A program made the translations under genes and the position numbers. Positions 45,001 through 58,418 of a DNA stretch of 64,000 bases are shown here, piece after piece (position 1 is the first letter of the stretch; the number at the start of each line of letters is the position of its first letter). A model generated the notes under the pieces. That model worked only from the letters and a program-made list of their open reading frames with translations. It made no database searches and was not told where the DNA came from. This DNA is from Hormiphora californensis (Eukaryota > Animalia > Ctenophora), in contig CM035351.1 of the NCBI GenBank assembly GCA_020137815.1, positions 6,200,001 through 6,264,000 of the forward strand, written 5' to 3'.

Positions 45001-46265
45001 CTCTGATCAACCAATGCCCCTCTACTGACATGGGTAATTTAATTTTTCAAATACTTAACCATTAAATCCGCTCTGTATATTAGTGTAAAGTGTTGGTAGA
45101 TCATCTACCCCTCCTCATCTTCCTCTCCCCCACATAGCTCTACAAGTGCCCGGAGGTTATTTTCATTAACCTTGCGTGTGTACTGAATTCCCCCTACATA
45201 ATTCACTCTCTTTGTTATAACAATTAGCCCTAATTTCAGAGTCCCAAAGTGGGGAAACAATCACCTGTGGAACTCCACCCTCATCAATGATGAGCTCCTT
45301 AGCCAGCAACCTCTCAACAGCCTCCACTGTCATCCAAAAGAAGATGACAGCCGACCTCAAGTCTCTACTGGGTATCAAGAGTAATGTGGATCACTGCCCA
45401 ATCTACCCGTACATTGACTACCTCTCCACAGGTAGGTCGGAAATGAATGTAATCAAGTTAAATCTAGGAGTGACAAGGCGAGTTTGACTGAGATTCACTA
45501 ATTCCCATATTTCAGGAACTATAGAGAGTGGAGTGGTTAGTAGTGCACTGTGTACTAGACATGTTTGGATTGTTGATAGAGATGGAAGTGAGTTTAGAGA
45601 TCTTACAGTCGCGCTAGCAGACGGAAGTGCCGCTGATATCGAGAGGGCCACTGATGTCCAAAAGGTACAATTTAGGTTGAGTGTTTGGTGTAGCACGCGA
45701 AACAGTTCTGATAAGTTGTCAGCATTCTAACACTCTCGCGCTGGATATTCGCGCGTGCGCGCCCGTTTCACAACTCGAACGAGTCCGGCAGTGACATTTG
45801 ACTGTGAAACTGACAAGTTTAAAAACTGACAATTCAATTCAAAAGTTTGGATTACAAAACTGGTTTCTAAAATTGAGTGAACTTTTGAAATTGAATGAAC
45901 TCAGTTCTCTCCGATCTAGTCTCCTTAAATCTAGAAGTCGTAATACGACTGTCGTATGCTTTTGACTTTCATAATCATAAGCTGTTCTTCAATCCACAGG
46001 GGGAGGTTTACATATTTCGAGATGACGTGATACACAGTCGAGTTAGGGTTAAGGTCACGGAGTCAGTACAGAAATCAGAACCAAAGGTATGATTGAGTGG
46101 GTGGTATTTCAGAGTTCAGATATGTTTTTGGTTTATCGCTTTTATACTTTCTATTCCCCTTGACTCACACATTTCAATGATCTTACGAGTTACGTCAATA
46201 GGGCAAAATTGTTTGCTTCTGCCGACTGACGTCAAGAATCGCACGTTAAACTCTGAATATGCTAG

Positions 46266-46297
<32 letters not shown>

Positions 46298-46306
46298 CCC
46301 CCTCTC

Positions 46307-46392
<86 letters not shown>

Positions 46393-49300
46393 TCTCTCCC
46401 CTTCAGTTCGGCGTGGTTGACTGTTACGATATTGACACTGGAATCCCATTCACTGTTCCTGTTTCACAACTGTTCTCCCTACCTGACTGCCTGGCTTCTT
46501 TCCCTCCCCAAGGTACTATAGATACTAACCATGTCGCGTTATATTTGTAACATTGTACCCCATTGTCTTCGGTAGAATTGTAAACTTTTATCGTGCGTTA
46601 TAGCAGGCACCCCAAGTTTTACATGTCCCGTCTTTTTATAACTGTATTTCAAGGATGACTTGTCACGGCTCTCTTTTCCCATGCTTTTTAAACTATTCTT
46701 TTCATGTAGTAAAATGCAAATTCTCGCATAAGTAGTAGAATAAAATGGTTTGTAAAAATTGGATGTGATGCCTCTCTTTCCCTTTCTCTTTTCATTCTCT
46801 CTTTTTCTATCTGTTCACATGCTAAAACTGACCAATAGGGAGTAAGATAGTGGTGGATTACACAATGGGAGATTTGTTTAACAAGAGAGCACTGGTAGCT
46901 CCTCTATTTCACTGCTCCATCGTGTAATAGTGAGATACTCGGATAGTGATAGAGTTGTATGTTTAAATCACACTCCATCTCTCTTTTCTCTTTCTCTTTC
47001 TCTTTCTCTCACTCTTCTCTCGTCACTCTCTCTCTCTCCTCTCTCGTCTCTCTCTATCTCTACACTCTCCTCTACTGCTCTCTCTCCTCTCATCCTCTTC
47101 CTCTCTCTCTCTCTCTCTCTCCTCTCGTCTCTTCTCTCTTCTCTCTCTCTCTCTCGTCTTCTCTCCTCTCTCTCTCTCTCTTCCACTCTCGTCTCTATAT
47201 CTCTCCTCTACTCTCGTCTCTCTATCTCTCATCTCTCTCTCTCTCTCATCTCTCATCTCCTCCATCTCTCCTCTCTCTCTCTCTCTTCTCTCTCTCCTCC
47301 TCTCTCCTTAATAGTGCAAGCTCATGCGTGTGTATACTATTACTGTCTCCTAGTAATATAGAGAGACTATGCTGCCATCTGTATTATCATCCTCTAGTTA
47401 AAGACTCCGCTTCCCCATAACATGATACTCCTCACTTGCGTTGCGTAATATCTTGACTGATCTATAATCTCCACGATGCGATATTGCTAGTATCTTGAAT
47501 TTAACTCCTAGATTTGTTGTCATTATATCCCAGCTATAACTATGTTTACTCTTGTCTGCAAGTACAGGGAAATCTTGGTTCGTGACATCTAATTTAATAA
47601 TCCTATGAATGAGTTATTCTTGTCTGAGTCGCACACTAATGAATTATTCTCATGTTGCTCTAGTGCTCACTCGTTAGTGTGCCTTTTTCTTTAGACTGGT
47701 TTTGTTTCACTGTCATCTGAAGATCCAAGCCCGTATCGTGCAGTCAATCCATGAACTAACTAGGAGAGAAAGTAGTGCTTCGTCAGACTAACATGGGTGC
47801 CAATAAAGAGTCCTCATTTCCCCGCGTTAAGATGTACCTTAGAGATCAGGTTAGTGAGGCGGGGTGAGGCAGGGTGAGGCAGTGTGGTATATTTAGTAGT
47901 CTTGGGTTTTGTTTTCTAATTTCTACTGATATTTGGAAACGTCAACGGTCTATGTCATCGTCTCTACTCCTGAACTAAACCCCTCCTAATTTCAGATAGT
48001 TTATAACAACCGTTCCTATATTTCGTCCCCCCAATCACCACGATCAGACCATGTGACCCTCCCCCATGGGTCTACCCTCGTATACGTTTCAGCCATCCAC
48101 AATGCAGGCCACTTTTACGTCCAGGTACGGAATTAATGATGACTGTAAAATTTTCGTGAACGTACCGTTTTTCTTGTTAGTGTGTCCTAATCTGTCTGGC
48201 GGCGCCGACCCGATAATCAAAACAGGGTCTGCCGTCTGGCAGCGCCAGATAGTTCCTAATTTGTATTGTTGGTAATTTGTTGCAACACCCAATCTATTTC
48301 AGGCGTGTGGTAAGAATATCTCGGAGCTGGATCGGTTAGAACGATCTATGAACCAGTTTTATGGTACACTAGAAGAACAACCCAACTACGGCTGGTCTCC
48401 CATCCCCGGACAGGTTTGTCTACAGATTCTCCTGGATGTTACATTTCATATCAACTGATGTAATATTTCTCCCGAATACTTCAAAGTTATCAATTATTAA
48501 AAAAGGTTTCCTAAACTTAATCCATCTCCCCAAATCTCTAAAGATGTCTCAGATCATACCCCCTTTTCCCAAGAAGTCTAACCCCCCTTCCCTAAATCTA
48601 TCATCTTCTCCCCCACAAGATGTGTGCAGTGTGGCATACTTCAGAGCAGATGTGGCTGAGAGGCCAGGTGAAGGAGCTAGACAACTCATCAGACATGCTG
48701 TACATTAAGTACCTTGACTACGGAGACACAGTCCATGTTCCCCGGTCATTCACTCGCAAACTCAAGTAAGTTGTGGAGCTTCAATTGGTGAGTTCAGGAT
48801 TGTAGTTTTATTTGGGTAAGAAAGTTTAGATTTTATTTTGTGAAATGTTATGAAGTGAGCTGGAAGTTAGACAATATTTCTAGAATTAAAGGGGGGTCAT
48901 TTGGGTCATTTTTTATCCGGAAATGCATGAGGTAGTTTGGCCATCGTTTACAGTACGTCTTGAAAGTTGTTCCATATAATAATTTTCTTCTGAGCGCATG
49001 ATGTGATGTGTGTATGCTGTGAGACAGTGAACAAGTTGCTCCTCTTGCTTAAGAAGCATGGAGTTAGTTAGAGAGATATCTTAAAAATATACGGCAATGC
49101 TGATATATATTGTTTTATCCTTGATATCTCTCTCTGTCTTGATAGTTATAGCACGCAGAGAAACCATTGTAATTTTTATTCTTCACGAATTCAATCCAGT
49201 TAATACAAAAACCACACACACATCCTCTCTGACTCACCCACCCCCGTTCTAATTCTTGTCCGTCACAATAAGTCCAATAGCGATTCCAATAAAGACAGTC

Positions 49301-52300
49301 CCCACTGCTGCGTAGATACTCGGGACCTCCCCAAACACCAACACTTGGTAGCAGAAACTGAACACAATACTCACATTCCGTACAGTAGCCACAATCGAAC
49401 TATCGCATATCTGGGTACCCTTGGTGGCGAAGGACTGACAGATGAACATGAGTACCCCGATACTGAGACAGATCGCCAACAGGAAACTATCATCTATCCT
49501 GACAAAGAACTCATCTGCCAGAAGGAAGTTTCCACTGACAAAAGAGTAGAGGACACCCAGGAGGATAAGAGAGGTGAAGATGACCAGACCAAAGAAGCTG
49601 TGATAAAACACAACCACTTTAGAGTCCACATCAGTTCCCAACTTCCTGATCATGATGGATGAAGTAGCCCTGAAGAGACCATGTCCAACACCCGCTCCGA
49701 GACCATACATCTTGGAGATGGAGAATGATTTGTTGACAATGATCTCCTCTGGGTTGGCCAGCAGGAACACCCCTGACAACCCAAACACCAGGGCGATATA
49801 GATCCTACAGGAGAGAGGTTCTTTCAGGAAGATAGCTGCCATTAGGACCATGAAGAGAGACATACTGAAGAACATGACCACAGTGGCCTCCCCCACAGGC
49901 AGGTACATAACCGCGAACAGGACCAATGACATGGCGATGTTCTCGGAGCAGGATCGGACAAACAGGTACATCGTTTTACCCTCCACATCGAGACTCTTCC
50001 GGCCCATGATAACCACTCCCCCCACCAGGAAGAACATGACTATAAACTTGAACCATAGCACTTGGAGGACTGGGACAACCTGGGAGGGGGGATTTAGTTG
50101 GTAAAATCAGAGTCGGGGCTTGGGAATGATGAAGTTACTGAAGAAAACAAATTAATACTAAATAGTACTAACCTGTTCTGCAAGTTTGATGCTGACTGAA
50201 GCGGAAGAACTGAATAGGGCTCCTATGATGGTAAAAAGTATTCCTAGTTGTCGATTCTTTTTCGTCTTTTCGTCCGAGACGTACTGCAACAAATTTTAAT
50301 TCAGTCAAGACTCAAGTGTATCTTAGCAACCAAACAACAGCAATTCAAGCAACTTCAAAACCGCAAAGTTACCTTCTTCCCGGACAGTGGAATATCATCA
50401 TCATCATCACTAAAGTGTGTCAAAATATACGTCGTTGTGTCCTTCATACCGGTGTCAAGGTGTCCGTGTGTAAGTATATCTAAAAAATCTGCAAAACTAC
50501 GAACAGGTGTTGCTTGTGTAGCATGTGCGTGGGTGTCTGCTGTTGCTGCCTCAAGATTGTTTGCATATATACGGGGATGTAGCTATTCCTCTTTTATAAT
50601 GGGGGGTTTGTATCTGTTAGATAACGGGAGGGTCCTGGGTAAACAACCTCATTTTACACCTCCCTAACCATCTCTCCCCCGATCTAGGTCTGAGTTCAAG
50701 GGACTGCCATACCAGGCGATTGAGTGTTTTCTCGCTAACACCATACCCATCAGTAAGTGATGATGCTTACACTTTTACACACAAACACTCACCAAAACTT
50801 ACTTGGATAGGCTGGGACATTGACTTCTTTCAGGGTTTGGGATGCATCCGTAACACAAACAAACAAACAAACAAACAAAAAAACAAAGAAACAAACAAAC
50901 AAACAAACAAACAAACAAACAAACAGACAGACAGACAAACAAACAAATAGAACACAAACAAACAAACAAACAAACAAACAAACAAACAAACAGAACACAA
51001 ACAAACAAACAAACAAATAGAACACAAACAAACAAACAAACAAATAGAACACAAACAAACAAAACATGTTGTAACACCACCATCCCCTCCAGCCACACGA
51101 CAGTGGACTCCAGAAGCCACCGCCAAGTTTGATGCCCTGACCCGATGTGGTCAGTGGTACCCAGTACGTTGTGTGGTGGTTTCAGAACAGCAGGGCAAGC
51201 CTTGTGTGGAGCTGTACGATCAGCCGTACAGTGAACAGGAATATTCTGTGGGGGAGTCCCTGTGTGAGATGGAGTATGCTCGGAGCAGTAAACTGGAGAA
51301 ACCAGTGGTACAAACACTGACCACTCCCATTCCATCATTCGCATCAGGTACTTGTTGTTAGCGGGCCCAATACAATAGATTTACTATATACAATGCAGGG
51401 TGGCCTAGATAGGTGACCCCCATGATGACGTATGGAGGTCCCAGTGCATGTTTCAATCCATTTTAATAGAGTACATTTCAATCCTGGAAGACATTTCATA
51501 GCTGATGGAAGTTTATGAACAACTGAGACAATTTGTGTAATTCTTTTCCGCCATTGTCTCAGTTGTCCATCAACTTCCATCAACTTTTTGAAGATGAGAC
51601 TAATATCAAGCGTGGCAACACATGAACTTTGTAGACATTTCATAGCATTTACATTTTGCTTGTTTTGTAAATAGGGTATCGACGCGAGGGGGTATCACCG
51701 TCCACCAAGCTCACAGAGCCCTCTTCTTATGTAACTGGCAGCTATGAATATGAAATGTGTGATTACAGTCTGCTAAACCTATTCCAGGTGCTGCTTATCT
51801 GGTATCTCCTGTATTCGATGATGTTGATGATGAGTTAGAGGAGTTGTTTGCGTGTGATGATGACAGTGACAGTGCTGACAGTGATGACTTCCCTGTCTCC
51901 AGAGAGAATGTCTCCAATCTACTTCTCAGTCTCAGTAGCCAGGTACATAAGGGGTTGTGCAAGTATGTAATAAACGACAGAAGTCCTTAGTTCCACCAAA
52001 GGTTATATATGTTGAGGTCCAAAATAGCCTCCCGGGAGGCAACCAGTCCCACAGTGACAGTAAGGACAAATTATATGTTGAAAAAAGAAAAAAACAATTA
52101 AACGGAAGTAGTAGTTGCTACAAACTAATCCACTTCTTTCCCTCCAGATTTCTCCTGCGAGTGCCAACTGGGAAAAGCGTCAGAGGCCCCAGACGTGTGG
52201 CCAGGCGAAGAATAATGCCTTTATGGAACATCGCGTATCAGCTAGACAGGACCACCAACCAACCACCAACCACATTTCCCCTAAATCACAGGTATGCATT

Positions 52301-52515
52301 TCGTAGCTGATTATGTACCATTAGTATGGGATCTAGTAACACGGGTCGGTCGGTATACTAACCTCCCCTTCCCACCCAGGCGAGTCCCAGTAGCTCGAGT
52401 GAAGATGACCGATACTACGAGACACCCCTGGGTAGTACCACCCCCAAGAGCACCACCTCCTACACCTCCGCCACATCCACAGCACCAGCACAACAACCAT
52501 CCCCACCCCACAGTG
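42006..52515 (+). CDS. TDRKH: TDRKH/PAPI-like protein: N-terminal TM, two KH domains, extended Tudor domain(s); many exons, 3' end approximate
   Basis: TM VATVALVAIPLALLW; KH1 FVIGKKGNVIRDIE; KH2 KIIGKGGDNLRGIQ; Tudor exons VYVSAIHNAGHFYVQ (~48080-48123), MCAVWHTSEQMWLRGQV...IKYLDYGD (~48620-48765), LPYQAIECFL (~50700). Confidence 0.75.
43545..44884. mobile_element. 1340-bp non-autonomous palindromic (foldback) DNA transposon, Chapaev-like
   Basis: ~660-bp arms with few mismatches and a ~17-bp spacer; termini CACGG...CCGTG; 4-bp TSD AGGG at 43541..43544 and 44885..44888. Confidence 0.85.
46273..46389. repeat. (CT)n microsatellite
   Basis: Direct reading; a degenerate CT-rich tract follows at 46976..47307. 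Confidence 0.9.
49249..50246 (-). CDS. EamA/DMT family (SLC35G-like) transporter, nested antisense in a TDRKH intron; 5' end uncertain
   Basis: Multiple TM helices; YLPVGEAT, AAIFLKEPL, IRKLG, VLVFGEVPS; upstream exon GILFTIIGALFSS (~50172..50246). Confidence 0.85.
50855..51063. repeat. (AAAC)n microsatellite
   Basis: Direct reading. Confidence 0.95.
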
Positions 52516-53935
52516 GGGGTACAGAGTTCAACAACACCTTCAGAAGCTGCAATACCCCCGGGTACAGAGAGCCCGCTACACCCCTTCATCTTAGCAGTGC
52601 CGAGGATACTGACTGTGGATCATAAACTATCTGTATGTGTGTATATGTGTGTAGGAAAATATATTACCCCCGGCTCCCCCGGACTTGGTCTGGCCTTTTC
52701 ATTATATGCGAAGAGATGATCGTCGCGTAATAGTGACACTTTGGCCCAGTGTGATCCCAACCTTTTTATCAAGTTCCCCCACCCAGTATTGTAACCCAGG
52801 CCGTCAGTCCACAGTGAGCTCTATCAGCTCAGACGAACAGTCACTATTTCTGTATATATCTAGGCACTTTTTTAAAGCTTAAACATCAGGAATCAGGATA
52901 TTTAGTAACGTGTATAACGAGTTAGTATGAGAGAAAGTAAGTTTTCCTCAATTTTTTGCCTACACACAAAAGTTAAAAAACTCAAATTCTAATAATAAAC
53001 AATATTTATTTTAATGCTTTCATGCTAATTTATCCATATTGCTGTCAGTGTCATCGGCATCTGTATAAGTATTGCAAAACTATGTAATTGTAGTATTTTC
53101 GTAATGTTAATTTATTGCTTTTGTTACGAACTTGTTTCTCTTTTTCCGGTCGTGAAGGAAGGATATACATTAGATAGAAAATTGTCGTATACTGGAATAA
53201 TCCTGAATCAATTGACAAGGTTCAAATTGAACTTCAATAGAATTCTAAATTAACTAAATACTGTAAGACGCGAAATAAAATATTATAAACATGCGCTGCG
53301 CGCAAAACTTAAACAATTTACGCGCGCGCCAAAATTTAGTTTCAAAATTTCTCTCTGCAGAGCTCTGATTTTTCATCTTTGTGAAACGGGTTTTTGATTT
53401 TTCATTTTTGACTTTTGAGTTTCGTAAATACTAAATACTAAATCGTACTCTGTCAGACAGAGTCTGCCTCCAACGCTCCAGCTGGGCTACTAGGATCATA
53501 CTGAGGATTTCAAACTTAATCTAACAATTTTCTACCAAGATAGTTTTCCGACTGTATTCAAATTTAGAACGAGGGTCGCCGGTCGAAACTCGAGGGATCT
53601 GGGTTTCCACTTTCCAGTGGATACAGCATTCCGCATTAACATTTAGCCAGGCTCCCGTAGCTTCTATTAAAGATGATAAGTGTGCCTTCCGAAGTGCCAG
53701 TAGTGAATATCATTATGAGATGTTGAAAGCTTGCCCAGTGAGATGTTTTGCTAGAGGAGGTGTTAATGAATATTCCTCTTAGATAAAAGAGTATTATGAA
53801 TTGTTCTTGAAAAGAATCAACAGTTATTATTATCATTGTTCACTTCGTTTTATTAGATAGGCTTGCTTCTTATATATTCATCTTTGTATTAAAGACATTC
53901 AATTGTAAAGTAAATCGAATCAATCAGTTTCAAAG

Positions 53936-56900
53936 ATGGTTGATGATACGGAGATAAAATGTTTCAAACGGAAGACCAAGATCTCCAAAATGTCTGCTGT
54001 CAAGGATCCACTGAAACAGTCAAAGGTAAACACATCACTAAGTTACTTCCCCGTTTGAGTTCTCTTGAGTCATTTTAACCAGTTTAGACTAACTAGTAAC
54101 TATCATACTAAATTAAAATAACACTCCCAGCATCATCGGTTGATTGAGTCCCTGTTTGTTTCCATGTGCAACAGTAAACTATTTGAGGATATCACGGCAG
54201 TGAACAGTCAGGATTGGGTCATGAGCCATTACACGGAGGAACAAACTTTCAAAGTACGTGGGTTAGATTATTATAGTCTTTTTCTTTTAAACCATATTTT
54301 TAAATCGTTCGTTTAAATCGACCGTTTAAACCCCCAGTCTGCATGCATGAATATACCTCAACATGTTCCCTCTGTTTAGGATTGGAGCAGGTCCTATAGT
54401 GTGGTTAAAAATAGCCGGAGTACAATCTACATCCAGCCGATAGGGTCCTTCTGTGAGCAGGGTCACCGTCTCCTGCAGTGGCTACAATCATACTGTTCAG
54501 CGTTCTTTCATGGTATCAAGGTACTATACTGTAGTAGCTATAGATATGTATTGTCTCACAGGAGACTGCCCTATCCGAACCGGGCCGAATTGCTCACGTA
54601 CCGTCCTCTGTGAGGGTTCGGTAGATCAAGGGCCGAAGCGTGTGCGACATTACAGTCTCATGTAGTATGACAACTGATGTAGTATGACAATGTGTTACAA
54701 CTGATGACAGATTGCCACGGTCTGTCATCTTCTAATTACAATATAATGACAGTTTTCTGTCTCACCTAGAGAGACTAAGACTCTCTGTCATGTCATAATA
54801 CTCTGTTATATATATGTCTCTTGTGTGTTACAGGTATCAGTTCTGGATACAGTTAGTGTCGCCAGGGTGGGGTGTAAAGTGAGACGGAACTCAGAGACAT
54901 CAAGATGCCAACTCCGTGCTACCGATATCATCGACTTCCTCAAGCAAGGTATCGTCAGCCAAACTCTCTCTCAGTATCCACGATTTGTCTATTTTTCAAT
55001 ACCTTGTTTCTTTTCTTTTTAAGAAAATAAGATCTTATTTCCTTGTCTGAGTATTAGGTCTCATACAACATTGGACATGTTTCCTCACACGAGCTCTCTT
55101 TCTAGGAAGGAAACCCAATGCGATATGCACAGTGGCAGTTACCATGGTCGATCTCTACCCTCGAGACTCGTGGAATTTTGTTTTTGGTATGTGACAAATT
55201 ATTTGGAGGGTTTGTGAAATTATCTCAATCACCACAAAGTGTGATATTTGAGGCAGCTATGGTGAGGGATTTAGAATAATAAAGGCAGCTGAGAGAGATG
55301 AGTCAGGAGAATTTAGAATGAGGGCAGCTGAGAGAGAGAAGGGAGCTGTATTATGTTATTATGCAACATATTTTAGTATTCGTGTGCAGCAGGATTTGTG
55401 ACATTCCTAGCTGCAGACGAAATAAGACACTCCGGAGCTATTTCTGAAGCGGAAATGTGAAATTATTTCTCTCCAGTTTCCATTTTCATCTTCATGCTGT
55501 CCCAGTGTCACTATGTGCCCAGTGTGTGTTATAACACCGCGGCTCTGTGTGAAGTGGAGGGTGGCAGCTGAATCTGGCTCGCAACTGAAGAACAAGAACA
55601 GCCTTATAACGAATTAATTAGCGCCAGCTCTAATTCTTCTCTAGAATTATTTGGCCGTATATATTGCGTCAAACCTAGGTGCTCTTCTGGGCATCTTTTT
55701 ATTAACAGGGAGACATGTCCATTTATCACTGTACACTATTAGCTAGGCACTAATGGAGGGTAGAGACATAAATATTGGCATTTTTACCAAAATGGTGTAA
55801 CTTCATCTTTTGATGTGTATACACTAATTGTAAATAGAGATAGCAATTATTAGAGATGGAATAAACATGATGGTTCGGGAGATGAGCCTCCCAGGAAGTC
55901 TGCCCACAACACTGGGTGTGATCAGTGTGTAGCTGTGTGGTTTAACATTAGCATCTGTTTAACTTCCCCCCTACACCCCTGGCTCCCTACCTACTATACG
56001 TACTGATTCACATCTCTATACTTTCTCTCCTGATTCCTGAACAGTGTTCCTCCAGCTTTATACCCTTCATTCTCGTCAGATCTTTGTTTAACTCCTTCTC
56101 TATCGTCAGAGCTCCCCCTCTCCATCCTCTGAATCTCTGTTTAACCCCCTCTTCATCTTCTCAATCTCTGTTTAACCCCTCTTCTCTCTATCGTCAGGTC
56201 TGGCCAGTTTAACAAACGGAGTTGGCGTGTTCAGTTTTGCTCGATATGACGATTCTTTTAACGAGCCCCCACCTGATAAAGACTCCATAGAGAACTATGA
56301 CAAGGTGGTCGTTACTGACAGACTTCTGTGGAGAGCATGCAAGGTGAGTTGTCATTTCATGGACCCCACCCTGCTGCAGAGGGCACTATTAGGAAGGTGT
56401 ATGGGAGGAGTTGTCATGTCTTTGGCTCCACCCTGGCAGAAGAATTAGAAGGTGTATGGGAGGAGAGATGGTGACAGGAAATTACAGTAATACACCAGAA
56501 TCAGAGTAAGCACGCAGTACGCACAGCTGATGATACCAGTTCAGTTCCTGCTGACATATTGCTGCCGTTTCGGGGGACCATTATCTTTGAATTACAGAGA
56601 GATAGGTATGGAGAGATATTGAGAAAGTAAGAAAACGTCGAAAGAAGAATAAAGCAATGCGATATTGAGATGAAATTAACCAGAGAGATAGCCACTGTGG
56701 GACGACACATCTTGGCAGGTAGAATGAAGCCACAAAACAGATTACAGAATTAGCAGGCAAGTTTATACAGCAAACAGATATACAGAAGTTTGTGGACACA
56801 TGGCTTAACCTTTCACACGTGGAATATTAGGGTAGTTGGAAACTGGCATCCTGACATACTCTGGGGGAAGCCTGTCATGACACATGTCCTAAACGTAGGG

Positions 56901-57432
56901 CGTGTGACACAATAAAACATAGTCATTGGGGCTTGAAGAGTGAAGTAGCCCTCCACTTTACACACTCCAGTAGCCTACAAAAGTCCGTGGAGGAGAGGGG
57001 GGTATTGGAGCATTATTAGGTGTTCTCTTTCTCTCCGGGTGGTGCTGCACATAGTGGTAACCTTGTTATGTGCCAAAACACACACACACGAACATGCAGC
57101 TGTGCTTTATACATAGAGCTGTGGATATGGTTTAAATTTAGCTCCACAATATTCCTCGGAATTTGTGGATTAAAGAATTCTAACAAATTAACACCTTCCA
57201 CTAATTATAGCTAAAGTAATTTCTGCTTTGATTCCCAAAATACCACTCCTGGCCCCACTAGGATATGACATAACCCTCTCTCTCCTGTACAGGTCATGAC
57301 TCATGAGATAGGACACATGTTTGGCGTGAAGCACTGTGTTTACTACAACTGTGCTATGAACGGTAGTAATCACCTCCAAGAGAGTGATCGGAGAACAGAA
57401 CACCTCTGTCCGGTGTGCCTCAGGAAACTACA
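53936..57432 (+). CDS. AMZ2: Archaemetzincin (peptidase M54, AMZ2-like); last exon not found
   Basis: Exons encode QDWVMSH..EQTF, TIYIQPIG, VTMVDLYPRDSWNFVFG, ASLTNGVGVFSFARY, VMTHEIGHMFGVKHCVYYNCAMNGSNHLQESDR..HLCPVCLRKLQ. Confidence 0.9.
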
Positions 57433-58344
57433 GGTATACATATACCTGTATATATATATTGGGTGATTATGTGGGTATGTAGGTATTATGATAATTACTC
57501 TAGCCGGGAATTCAGTATCTTTTGTAATTAATTTGTCTGGAGCTTGACAATTTCTGAAGGTTATCACTGAGAGCGACTGTGACCGCTGACCAAGGGTTAA
57601 CACTTAACTCTTAATGAATTTATATGTGAATAACTAGCCATCTCAAATATAATATTTGAAGGGGGAGAGAAGGAGATAAGATGGGGAGAAGAGAGCGTAG
57701 ATGAGGAGAGATGAGAGAGAGGAGGAGGAGAGGGAGAGAGATAGAGATGGGAAAGAGGAGGGAGAGAAGCCATCCAGAAGAAATAGACCGTGACGTGACC
57801 AGAGTTAGTTACTAGTTGTTCGCATTGCAGCAGGAGGAAAGGAAATAGGAGGGAGGAAGGATAGGGAAGAGAGTGTTTGTGTGGCTGATAAAGTGGTTAG
57901 TGCGTGTGGTCGTGTTTTTTTTGTCTTTGTTGAGTTGTAGTCCTTTGTTGTTCTGGGAACTTCGCGGCGCTTTTCATCTCGACACATCAAGTTTTGAAGT
58001 TGGTGGTTGTTCCGCGTGCCCCAAATTCGAGGCTTCAAAGCTTTTTAGCAAGAGGGTGCGTCGCAGCCGCGTTTGTTACAGTTTAGATATGACGAAGACA
58101 CTTGTTTAGGCTTCTCATTCTTCTTGAATTCTTGAAGGTTTTTCGAACTCTTCGGAATTTGCGATGACATCATTATCGGATTCACCACACGACTATCGAT
58201 GTCGGTTATCACTCTGGGTGTTTCTTCACGACTATCGATGTCGACTTATCAGAGACTATCGATATCGGGTCTCTCGTCAGATAGGTTGGCTTGTGTTACG
58301 GGTTCGTCACCTCCCCCGTAACTTTATTTGCTAAATGCCATCAC

Positions 58345-58386
58345 CTCAAATTAATTTGTTTAAAGTAGTGTTGAAAAGTTTGAAAC
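58345..58386 (-). ncRNA. Spliced-leader (SL) exon sequence followed by GT; candidate SL RNA gene, pseudogene or retroposed SL
   Basis: The - strand reads GTTTCAAACTTTTCAACACTACTTTAAACAAATTAATTTGAG|GTGATG, which matches the cydippid ctenophore SL as recalled from the literature (not database-checked). Confidence 0.7.
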
Positions 58387-58418
58387 CACCACCCGTGGTC
58401 CCGGCAAAATGCAGTCAC

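Noticed and set aside
51344-51643. 99-aa ORF in a TDRKH intron
   Set aside because: No clear homology; at best a decayed LINE 3' fragment.
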